Origin: Candidatus Parcubacteria bacterium
GTDB taxonomy: Bacteria; Patescibacteriota; Patescibacteriia; CAIXNZ01
Assembly: GCA_026395675.1 (NCBI GenBank)
Contig: JAPLYF010000049.1
Location: 1 to 36,277 of the forward strand
Direction of reading: 5' to 3'
DNA: 36,277 bases
Shown: positions 24,823-32,072 of the stretch, piece after piece
Position numbering within the stretch: position 1 is the first letter of the stretch
Layout of the letters: each line of letters begins with the position of its first letter
Notes under the pieces: generated by a model
What the model saw: the letters and a program-made list of their open reading frames with translations, nothing else
Told to the model about the DNA's origin: nothing
Database searches by the model: none
Made by a program: the position numbers and the translations under genes

Positions 24823-24882
24823 GTAATTAATTTAGCTTCGGCGGACAGGAAAGCGGCCGATAATATAAATAATTCTAAAAAT

Positions 24883-25470
24883 ATGACAAAAAAATTCTGG
24901 GAGTTTGAAAAAGGGGGTAAGGCATTAGAAATTGATATTTTGGGCAAGGAAGAGGGAGGCAAATGGGTTTATTTAGCCAGAGGCGAAAATCCTAAAGTAA
25001 AAGAACCATTTGAGCAGGCAATTAAAAAAGTAATTGCCAATTGGCCGGAAACAATCGCTGTTTTTCGGCGAGGTAAAAAAATTGAAAAGGATTTAAGGAT
25101 TGAGCCGGAAAAACCAGCTTTTAGAGATATCTATGATCAGGTTTCAGTTAATCTGCTGGGCGAAGAAAATTCTCAAGACCCTGAAATTTTAAAACAAAGA
25201 TTGTTATTTTTTAACACCCTGCAAACTCCTTTGGATTTTTATTATGGCACTGATGCTTTTTTTCTTTATACGGATGACAAAGGCAAAAAAAATATTTGCA
25301 CTATTGATGTGACTAAAAATCCGGCCAAAGAGGAAGGTTATAGGGCAGATGTAATTATAAATGAGCCGCCTGAACGCGTGGCAGATCCCAAGTCCTATCA
25401 AAAGTGGCTAAGGTCATATGCAGAAGAAATTTCAACCAAATTAAAACACGGCGGTACACCTTTGCATTAA
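24883..25470 (+). CDS. Hypothetical protein
   Basis: Start trimmed to the ATG at 24883. The listed N-terminal 55 aa are a read-through of the hairpin repeats. Confidence 0.5.
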   Translation: MTKKFWEFEKGGKALEIDILGKEEGGKWVYLARGENPKVKEPFEQAIKKVIANWPETIAVFRRGKKIEKDLRIEPEKPAFRDIYDQVSVNLLGEENSQDPEILKQRLLFFNTLQTPLDFYYGTDAFFLYTDDKGKKNICTIDVTKNPAKEEGYRADVIINEPPERVADPKSYQKWLRSYAEEISTKLKHGGTPLH

Positions 25471-25557
25471 GATTTGACAGAAATTAATATCTTTGCTAAT
25501 GTAAAAAATCGATTTAGAATATTCGCAAGCTCCAAACAATTTGGAAAGGAGGGTTTC

Positions 25558-25857
25558 ATGACTGGAACTGCTTGCATAATTTGCGGTTTTGAAGAAAAGG
25601 CGCTTAAAGAATTTATCTGCGAGGGCTGTTTTCAGAATATTTTTGCAGGTTCTTTAACTAAAAAAGCACTTTTTTGCAAAAAGTGCCATCAGGTTCATGA
25701 TTTGACCAATGAGGAATTTGCTTTAATCACCAAAGGCAAGTACACGCAAATTGCCAAAGAAGTTCTGGTCGTTATTGAAACCTGCGATCTCTGTCATCAA
25801 GATGGCGAATCAACCGAAGCTACAATTATTTGTCTGACTGAATTTGCCAATGCATAA
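25558..25857 (+). CDS. Small Cys-rich zinc-ribbon-like protein
   Basis: ATG after AAGGAGGG. Four CxxC pairs (CIICG, CEGC, CKKC, CDLC). Terminator at 25861. Confidence 0.55.
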   Translation: MTGTACIICGFEEKALKEFICEGCFQNIFAGSLTKKALFCKKCHQVHDLTNEEFALITKGKYTQIAKEVLVVIETCDLCHQDGESTEATIICLTEFANA

Positions 25858-25860
25858 TCA

Positions 25861-25888
25861 AAGAAAGGGCGCACAACCCTTTCTTTTT
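25861..25888 (+). terminator. Intrinsic terminator (aagaaaggg/ccctttctt plus T-tract)
   Basis: Read directly. Confidence 0.7.
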
Positions 25889-25966
25889 AAATGCTTGATT
25901 TTCGCCAAAACATTTGGTAATCTTAAATCATTAATCATTTTAAATAATGATTTTTTTATTTTGCTG

Positions 25967-26050
25967 GCCGAGGTGGCGTAACTGGTAGCCGCGCTACTTT
26001 GAGGTGGTAGTGGCCGCAAGGCCGTAGGAGTTCGAGTCTCCTCCTCGGCA
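25967..26050 (+). tRNA. tRNA-Leu, anticodon GAG, type II with a long variable arm; no encoded CCA
   Basis: Acceptor GCCGAGG/CCTCGGC, D-stem GCG/CGC, anticodon stem-loop CTACT-TTGAGGT-GGTAG, variable arm GGCC..GGCC, T-arm AGGAG-TTCGAGT-CTCCT. Confidence 0.9.
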
Positions 26051-26051
26051 T

Positions 26052-26100
26052 CAAGCAGGTTTCTGCCTACGCTAAAGCTTCGGCCGACAGGCAAATCCTG
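26052..26100. repeat. 49-bp REP-like element flanked by a 10-bp direct repeat (tcctcggcat) that includes the tRNA-Leu 3' end
   Basis: tcctcggcat occurs at 26042-26051 and again at 26101-26110. The core is ctgcctacgctaaagcttcggccgacagg. Confidence 0.7.
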
Positions 26101-26137
26101 TCCTCGGCATTAATTAAATAATTACTTCAAGAGTTTT

Positions 26138-26430
26138 TGTTATAGTTAAAAGTTATTAGTTATATTGGGCGCTTAGCTCCCCTCGACTTCGCTCGGGGCA
26201 GGCAGTTGTGACTTAAAGTATTTATGGACGGCAACCAGCTTCGCTAAGCGCATCCCAACAGTTATTGTTATAGTTATAAGGTATTAGTTTAATAAGGGCG
26301 CTTAGCTTCTGCCTACGCTAAAGCTACGGCAGACAAGCAGTTATGACTTAAAGTATTTACGGATGGCAACCAGCTTCGCTAAGCGCATACCAACAGTTAT
26401 TGTTATAGTTATAAGGTATTAGTTTAATAA
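26138..26430. repeat. Two tandem units (128 and 135 bp), each carrying the tRNA-Val upstream leader and the first 12 nt of tRNA-Val, followed by a REP hairpin and a conserved 65-nt block
   Basis: tgttatagtt..aataa-gggcgcttagct occurs at 26138/26168, 26266/26296 and 26401/26431. Only the third copy continues into a full tRNA. Confidence 0.85.
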
Positions 26431-26504
26431 GGGCGCTTAGCTCAGCTGGTTAGAGCGACTCGTTTACACCGAGTAGGTCGAGGGTTCGACTCCTTCAGCG
26501 CCCA
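26431..26504 (+). tRNA. tRNA-Val, anticodon UAC
   Basis: Acceptor GGGCGCT/AGCGCCC, D-arm GCTC-AGCTGGTTA-GAGC, anticodon arm ACTCG-TTTACAC-CGAGT, T-arm GAGGG-TTCGACT-CCTTC. Confidence 0.92.
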
Positions 26505-26584
26505 TTGACGTAAATTTTCTTTTCTGTAATTATTTAAGCAAGTTAAAAGGGGGCCAATTCTTGGCTCTTTTAAAATTTAACAAG

Positions 26585-26613
26585 GCCCTCCTTCGCATAA
26601 AGCTTCGGAGGGC
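26585..26613. repeat. Family 1 REP-like hairpin (gccctcc/ggagggc) just upstream of the purD RBS
   Basis: Read directly. Confidence 0.8.
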
Positions 26614-26630
26614 AGGGAGGTTAGTTAAAG

Positions 26631-27956
26631 ATGGCAGAGTTTAAGGTTCTACTGGTTGGTTCAGGCGGCAGGGAATATGCTTTTTTACGAAAGTTGCTTC
26701 AGTCGCCTGACGTCAAAGTGACTGTCGCACCTGGTTTAAGCGGCATGCTGTATTTTCTAAGTGAAGAACAGCGCAGCCGGGTGGAATTAAAGCCGCAGGT
26801 CAAAGCCAACGACATTAAGGCAATTGTTGAGCTGGCCGAAGAAATCAAGCCGGATTTGGTTGTGGTCGGACCTGAGGATCCGTTAATTCTGGGCTTGGCT
26901 GATGAACTGCAAAAAGTCGGCTTTAAGGTCTTTGGCTTTACCAAAACAGCAGCTACACTGGAAGGCAGCAAACGTTTCTGCAAAGAGATTTATCAAAAAT
27001 TAAAACTGCCGACTGCGCCCGCAGAGTATTTTACAAGAGCTGAAGCTGCGATTCAGAGGCTTGAATGGTACGAGCAAAACGGTCAGCCAGTAGTTTTAAA
27101 ATGCGACAATCCGGCTTTGGGCAAGGGCGTGATAGTCGTTCCATTAAGCCACCCTGGCTATTGGCAAGAACTTAAGAGCCAGGTTAGGCTAATGTTTGAC
27201 CCCAAAATGCCACTTGGTTTTCTGGCCAAGGCAGTTCTTTTGGAAGATCAGTTTCACATGCTCAATGAATGGTCAGCCATGAGTATTGTCGGACCAAATA
27301 ACTTCTGGCTTGGACTGGCTCCTACCAAAGATCATAAGGAGCTTAATGGCAAAAATACCGGAGGCATGGGTATTGTCACTATGGCACCAGGATTTTCCTA
27401 TGATGACATGCTGAAGCGCAAACCCCTTGTCCGCCAAGTCGCAGAACACATGAGTGATTACCACAAAACAGAGCTCTGCGGCATTTTCTACGAAGGCTTG
27501 AATCGTATGATGGGCGGCGTGGACTATCTGGTGGAAATAAATGTTCGTGGCGGAGACCCTGAAACCCAGGGCCAACTGGAATTCATTGAAGGCGCGCCCT
27601 TGCATGAGATTTTGCTGGCCGCAGTAGAAGGCAAGCCGGAAATTCTGTCACGAGTTCGCGTGCCTGAAGACAAAGTGCTGGTGGGAGTGGTCATGGCAAG
27701 TAAGGGTTATCCTGGCGCTTACGAAAAAGGCAAGGTTATTACGATGCCAAAAGAACTGCCCGTCCCTGGCATGATTTTTTCAGCGGGCTTGGCCTGGGAA
27801 GAGGGCAAGCTCTATACGGCCGGCGGACGCGTTCTTATGGCAGTTGGCGAAGGCAAGACAGTTTCCTCAGCGCGCAACCGGGCTTATGCTATAGTTAACA
27901 GCATTAAGCACGATGGCGCTCTGGTTTGGCGCGAAGACATAGGCATTGCCGCCTAA
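26631..27956 (+). CDS. purD: Phosphoribosylamine--glycine ligase (GAR synthetase)
   Basis: KVLLVGSGGREYAF, LVVVGPEDPL, LEGSKRF, NTGGMG, GDPETQ and TAGGRVL are colinear with the PurD ATP-grasp architecture. Confidence 0.85.
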   Translation: MAEFKVLLVGSGGREYAFLRKLLQSPDVKVTVAPGLSGMLYFLSEEQRSRVELKPQVKANDIKAIVELAEEIKPDLVVVGPEDPLILGLADELQKVGFKVFGFTKTAATLEGSKRFCKEIYQKLKLPTAPAEYFTRAEAAIQRLEWYEQNGQPVVLKCDNPALGKGVIVVPLSHPGYWQELKSQVRLMFDPKMPLGFLAKAVLLEDQFHMLNEWSAMSIVGPNNFWLGLAPTKDHKELNGKNTGGMGIVTMAPGFSYDDMLKRKPLVRQVAEHMSDYHKTELCGIFYEGLNRMMGGVDYLVEINVRGGDPETQGQLEFIEGAPLHEILLAAVEGKPEILSRVRVPEDKVLVGVVMASKGYPGAYEKGKVITMPKELPVPGMIFSAGLAWEEGKLYTAGGRVLMAVGEGKTVSSARNRAYAIVNSIKHDGALVWREDIGIAA

Positions 27957-27972
27957 ATTTAAAACAATATAA

Positions 27973-28007
27973 AAAGGTCGAGTTTTTACTCGGCCTTTTC
28001 TTTTTTT
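27973..28007. terminator. Bidirectional hairpin terminator between convergent purD and the ferredoxin gene
   Basis: aaaggtcgagt/actcggccttt stem with A/T tracts on both sides. Confidence 0.6.
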
Positions 28008-28016
28008 GACCTAATT

Positions 28017-28205
28017 TTATTCTTCAATGCTTATGCACTGGACAGGACAGGCATCAACTGCTTGCTGTATTTTATTATAATATTGGGCGTAATCATCCAA
28101 AGTTTTGACCTGGCTTTTACCGTCTGCTAAATGAAAGACCTCAGGGCAAATGCCTTCGCAAGTGCCGCAGCCAATACATAATTCTTGATTAATTTTTGGT
28201 TTCAT
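28017..28205 (-). CDS. Small single-cluster ferredoxin (4Fe-4S or 3Fe-4S)
   Basis: CIGCGTCEGICP ... CP motif in a 62-aa protein. Confidence 0.85.
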   Translation of the reverse strand: MKPKINQELCIGCGTCEGICPEVFHLADGKSQVKTLDDYAQYYNKIQQAVDACPVQCISIEE

Positions 28206-28217
28206 ATAAGTAAATGG

Positions 28218-28252
28218 TTTCCGCCAAAGGCGGATCAGCCTCTGGCTGAAAA
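28218..28252. repeat. Family 2 element, minimal form: two adjacent hairpins tccgcc-aaa-ggcgga and tcagcc-tct-ggctga
   Basis: Read directly. Confidence 0.85.
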
Positions 28253-28361
28253 TTATTAAATTATTTGTTTTTGACTCTTTTAATCATAGTATCAATTTTT
28301 TTGTTTTTAGACAAGAGGTTAATTTTTTGCTATTATAAATACAGAGTAATAACTTATTAGT

Positions 28362-28610
28362 ATGTTTTTAAAGATTTTTGGTTTAATTTTACTGATTAGC
28401 GGCCCTTTCTTGGTTATCAAATCCGGATGGTTTTTGGAAAATTTCGGTAGCATCCAATGGGCTGAAGACAAATTAAGTACTGAAGGCGGAACGCGTTTTT
28501 TGTACAAAATAATTGGCCTGGCTTTTATGTTTTTTGGCCTGACCATGATTTTTGATTTATTTGGCGGCATTGTGATATGGATTTTTTCACCTTTACTGCC
28601 CAAAAAATAG
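28362..28610 (+). CDS. Small membrane protein, hypothetical
   Basis: 82 aa with two or three hydrophobic helices. Confidence 0.5.
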   Translation: MFLKIFGLILLISGPFLVIKSGWFLENFGSIQWAEDKLSTEGGTRFLYKIIGLAFMFFGLTMIFDLFGGIVIWIFSPLLPKK

Positions 28611-28628
28611 TTAAATTTTTATTATAAT

Positions 28629-28684
28629 TTTTCCGCCAAAGGCCTGGCCTTGGCCAAGACAGGCGGATCAGCCTCTGGCTGATA
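28629..28684. repeat. Family 2 element with an extra palindrome (ggcctggccttggccaag) inserted in the first hairpin loop
   Basis: Same termini as 28218-28252, with an expanded interior. Confidence 0.85.
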
Positions 28685-28701
28685 AATTTTAATTTTATTT
28701 T

Positions 28702-29253
28702 ATGCCAATTTCAGGAGGAGCACAATTTATAAATCCCCGGGAGGTTATTGATAAAGCAAGTTTAGTCGAGGGAATGAAAGTTGCGGATTTGGGTTGCGGG
28801 AATTTGGGTTATTTTATTATCCCCATGGCCAAAGTCATAGGCAAAGAAAGCGTGGCTTATGGTGTTGATATTTTAAAACCGGTTTTGGAAGCAGTTAGAA
28901 GCAGGGCTAAACTAGAAGGTTTAACCAATATTGAATTAATCTGGGCTGATCTGGAAAAAGTTGGTTCGTCAAAAATTCCCGATGGCAGTTTGGATGCAGA
29001 TTTTTTAGTAAATATCTTGTTTCAGAATAAAAAACGCGAGGCGATTATGCAAGAAGCAACGCGCATTTTGAAAAAGGGAGGCAAGCTAGTCGTGGTTGAC
29101 TGGAAAAAAATCAACATACCTTTTGGTCCACCAGTGGAAATCAGAGTTGAACCAGAAAGCATTAAGTCCATAGCTGCTAAAATTAATCTGAAATTGTTGG
29201 AAGAATTAGAAGTTGGTGATTATTTTTGGGGCTTAGTGTTTGAAAAAAATTAA
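28702..29253 (+). CDS. Class I SAM-dependent methyltransferase
   Basis: Motif I VADLGCGNLGYF and post-II/III-like ADFLVN ... LKKGGKLVVVDW. Confidence 0.7.
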   Translation: MPISGGAQFINPREVIDKASLVEGMKVADLGCGNLGYFIIPMAKVIGKESVAYGVDILKPVLEAVRSRAKLEGLTNIELIWADLEKVGSSKIPDGSLDADFLVNILFQNKKREAIMQEATRILKKGGKLVVVDWKKINIPFGPPVEIRVEPESIKSIAAKINLKLLEELEVGDYFWGLVFEKN

Positions 29254-29344
29254 TATGGAGGATTAAGAATTAAGCAAGATAAGTAATTTAAGCTTAACTC
29301 GCTTGCCATGTTTATTTATTAATTTACTAATATTTTAGCAACTT

Positions 29345-29767
29345 ATGATTTTTTTAGGAATTGATTGGGGGAAAATTTTTTCAGTGCCTTTTTGGCTGGC
29401 AGTAAATCCTGGCGAACTCTCAGAAATGTTTGCCAATATTTTTTTAATAGTCCTGGCTAGTAGTTATTCATTGTACGGATTGGGCAAATACTTTGAATGG
29501 CATTTAACTAAGAGGCGCGAATTCATTAAGGCAAAATTCTGGCACAAGGTTACAACTCTTTGTCTGACTGTCGCAATTTCATTTACTTTTATCTTTTTTT
29601 TCCGCTATGAGGCCATCCCGGTTTTAGGCGGCAGGTTCTGGATTTTTCTCTGGCTGGCCATGGGATTATCCTGGTCAATTTATTTGATTAAATATTATTT
29701 TGTTGATTTAAAAAAGGATTTAAATGAACTGAAAACTAAGCAAAAACTCAATAAATATTTAAAATAA
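29345..29767 (+). CDS. Membrane protein, hypothetical
   Basis: 140 aa with four hydrophobic segments. Confidence 0.5.
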   Translation: MIFLGIDWGKIFSVPFWLAVNPGELSEMFANIFLIVLASSYSLYGLGKYFEWHLTKRREFIKAKFWHKVTTLCLTVAISFTFIFFFRYEAIPVLGGRFWIFLWLAMGLSWSIYLIKYYFVDLKKDLNELKTKQKLNKYLK

Positions 29768-29809
29768 TAAAATAGGCCTTCTCGGGCCTGTTTTTTTTTA
29801 TATATAAAA

Positions 29810-30166
29810 ATGACCTGGAAAATGATAATTGGTGATTATGGGCAAAAAATAGCAGCTGAATTTTTGGCCAAGCGCGGCTATCAGATCTTAGCCCAAAAAT
29901 ATTTCACCAGAGAAGGGGAAATTGATTTAGTGGGCCAAAAAGACGGCCAACTTATTTTTTTTGAAGTAAAAACCCGGCTTTCGGATAAATATGGCCTGCC
30001 CGAAGAAGCAATCGATGCTAAGAAAAAAGAAAAAATGTCTGAAGCAGCTTTAAAATATCTGGTAGAAAAACAAATCGAGCATGATAATTATCGTTTTGAT
30101 TGCGTGGCCATTGAAATTGACAAAGGAAATAAAATAGCTAGGATCAGGCATCATAAGGGAATTTAA
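29810..30166 (+). CDS. yraN: YraN-family (UPF0102) endonuclease-like protein
   Basis: GQKIAAEFLAKRGYQILAQKYFTREGEIDLVGQKDGQLIFFEVKTR matches the family signature (GEIDLI ... VEVK). Confidence 0.85.
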   Translation: MTWKMIIGDYGQKIAAEFLAKRGYQILAQKYFTREGEIDLVGQKDGQLIFFEVKTRLSDKYGLPEEAIDAKKKEKMSEAALKYLVEKQIEHDNYRFDCVAIEIDKGNKIARIRHHKGI

Positions 30167-30267
30167 TTTTAAATGACAAATGTCAAATAACAAATGACAA
30201 ATAAAATTCAAAATTCAAATTTAAAAATTAAAAAGTTTTGGTCTCAAAAATTGTAATTTGTTGCTTG

Positions 30268-30296
30268 TTGACATATATATTTTTGTCAGGTATACT
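30268..30296 (+). promoter_or_regulatory. Putative promoter (TTGACA-17 nt-TATACT) for nusA
   Basis: Near-consensus hexamers with 17-nt spacing. Confidence 0.55.
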
Positions 30297-30304
30297 ATAA
30301 TCAA

Positions 30305-30432
30305 GCTAGTTTAATGTATTTTAAACTAGTTATTTTAATAAGCGGAAATAGGTAATAGGTAATACGTAATAAGGTATTCGAGAATTATTAAGATTAAATT
30401 TTTTCCTTTCCGTATTACATATTACATATTTC
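30305..30432 (+). other. Structured nusA 5' leader with two hairpins: ctagtttaa/ttaaactag, and a 22-nt imperfect stem gaaataggtaataggtaatacg/cgtattacatattacatatttc
   Basis: Inverted repeats read directly between the predicted promoter and the ATG at 30455. Confidence 0.5.
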
Positions 30433-30454
30433 TTATTTCTAATCACCCAATTTT

Positions 30455-31966
30455 ATGGACTTACAATCAATACAACAAGCAGTCAAACAAATCGCCGCTG
30501 AGAAAAATATTTCTGAGCAGGCAATTCTGGAAACCCTAAATTCTGCGCTGGCCGCGGCTTACCGCAAGGACTTTGGCCAGAAAAACCAGAATATTCTCCT
30601 TGAATTTGACGTTAAAAGCGGCCAAATGAAGGTTTTTGATAAAAAAATAGTAGTTGATTTTCCCGCAGAAATCATTAAAGAAATTGATGAGAACGGCCGG
30701 GATAAAAAGTATGTTAAAGAAATTGAAGGAGCGCCTGAGGGTGAAGAGCCAATAAAATTTAATCCTAAAAATGAAATCCTGCTGGAAGATGCTAAGAAAA
30801 TTAATAAAAAAATCAAAGTTGGCGAAGAACTGGTCACGGAATTAGATTTGCCGGCTGACTTTGGCCGCATGGCCGCTCAAACAGCCAAACAGGTAATTAT
30901 TCAGAAAATCCGCGAGGCAGAGAGAGAAACGATCTTTAATGAGTATAAATCTAAAGAAGGCCAGCTGGTAACTGGGGTTATTCAGCGCAGGGAAAATGTC
31001 GGTATTTTAGTTGATTTGGGCAAAGTCACGGCCTTGATGCCGATTGAGGAGCAGATCAGAAATGAGAGATATAATCCTGGCGAGAGAATGAAACTTTATT
31101 TGATCAGGGTAGAGATGTCCCTTAAGGGCCCGGAAATAATTGTTTCTCGTTCGAGTCCGGAAATGATCAAAAAATTATTTGAAACAGAAATTCCTGAAAT
31201 AAATTCCGGAGCTATTGATATTATGGGTATTGCCCGCGAGGCTGGTTGGCGTTCCAAGGTGGCTGTGAAAAGCAATCAGGAAAACATTGATCCGATTGGT
31301 TCTTGCGTTGGCCAGCGCGGCTCGCGCATTCAGACCATTATCAATGAATTGGGCGGTGAAAAAATTGATATTATAGAATGGGACGAAGAACCCAGCAAAT
31401 TTATTGCCAATTCCTTATCGCCGGCTAAGGTTATAAGCATTGACGTTGCGAGTAAAACAAAAATTGCCATGGTCACGGTTAAGGAAGACCAGCTTTCTTT
31501 GGCCATTGGTAAGGAAGGCCAGAATGTGCGTTTGGCCGCAAAATTAACTGGCTGGAAAATTAATATTATAAAAGAAACAGTTGAGGGTAAAAAAGAAAAA
31601 GTTGAATTGGGCAAAGAAGAGGAAAAGGAAAAAGAGCCAGAAACTGCTCCGGAGGTTAAGCCAGAAGAAAAAGAAAAAAAAGTGAAGAAAGAAAAAAAAG
31701 CCTCCTCCGCTGAAGCTACGGAGGCTAAAGAAAAAAAAGAAAAGAAAACTAAAAAGTCAGCAGCCAAGAAAAAAGAGAAGAAAGAACTTTCATCTGCCGA
31801 AGCTTCTGCCTCCGCTTCAGCCGACGCTTCCGCCGCCGCTAAAGCTCTGGCGGACAAGAAAGCTTTGGCTGATAAAAATGCTACGGCAGACAGGTCGGTG
31901 GATAAAAAAGCTTCTGCCTTCGCTGAAGCTACGGCAGACAGGTCAGAGGGTAAAGAAGAGGAATAA
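30455..31966 (+). CDS. nusA: Transcription termination/antitermination factor NusA with an atypical Lys/Glu-rich, REP-derived C-terminal tail
   Basis: S1 domain (QLVTGVIQRRENVGILVDLG) and KH1/KH2 (IDPIGSCVGQRGSRIQ; LAIGKEGQNVRLAAKLTGWKINI). About 128 extra residues follow KH2. Confidence 0.93.
   Translation: MDLQSIQQAVKQIAAEKNISEQAILETLNSALAAAYRKDFGQKNQNILLEFDVKSGQMKVFDKKIVVDFPAEIIKEIDENGRDKKYVKEIEGAPEGEEPIKFNPKNEILLEDAKKINKKIKVGEELVTELDLPADFGRMAAQTAKQVIIQKIREAERETIFNEYKSKEGQLVTGVIQRRENVGILVDLGKVTALMPIEEQIRNERYNPGERMKLYLIRVEMSLKGPEIIVSRSSPEMIKKLFETEIPEINSGAIDIMGIAREAGWRSKVAVKSNQENIDPIGSCVGQRGSRIQTIINELGGEKIDIIEWDEEPSKFIANSLSPAKVISIDVASKTKIAMVTVKEDQLSLAIGKEGQNVRLAAKLTGWKINIIKETVEGKKEKVELGKEEEKEKEPETAPEVKPEEKEKKVKKEKKASSAEATEAKEKKEKKTKKSAAKKKEKKELSSAEASASASADASAAAKALADKKALADKNATADRSVDKKASAFAEATADRSEGKEEE
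31700..31940. repeat. Family 1 REP-like hairpins inside the nusA tail (31700-31725, outer 31793-31890 with a nested inner copy at 31829-31854, and 31913-31938)
   Basis: Palindromes gcctcc/ggaggc, tctgcc/ggcaga and tccgcc/ggcgga, translated as SSAEATEAK, AAKALADK, NATADRS and SAFAEATADRS. Confidence 0.8.
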
Positions 31967-31985
31967 GAGCTTGCTAATTTCATAA

Positions 31986-32060
31986 TTTCCGCCAAAGGCC
32001 TGGGCCTTGGCTCGCATAGGCGAAGCCTTGCCAAGACAGGCGGATCCGCCTCTGGCGGAC
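31986..32060. repeat. Family 2 element, most expanded form, between nusA and yidC
   Basis: tttccgccaaaggcc...ggcggatccgcctctggcggac, with additional internal palindromes. Confidence 0.85.
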
Positions 32061-32072
32061 ATAATTCATCAA

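Larger units (their letters stand above)
23890..24865 (+). mobile_element. RAYT-type unit: an HUH/Y1 transposase gene bracketed by composite GC-rich hairpin arrays
   Basis: About 140-bp direct repeats at 23890-24030 and 24683-24822, plus extra hairpins at 24061-24165 and 24831-24865, around the transposase-like CDS. Confidence 0.7.

Noticed and set aside
24136-25470. Longer N-terminal extensions given by the ORF track for the RAYT gene (24136) and the next gene (24718). The same applies to 21223, 25474, 32007 and 35440.
   Set aside because: The extensions start at GTG/TTG or run through GC-rich hairpin repeats and promoter-like sequence. Internal ATGs preceded by good RBSs give more plausible starts.
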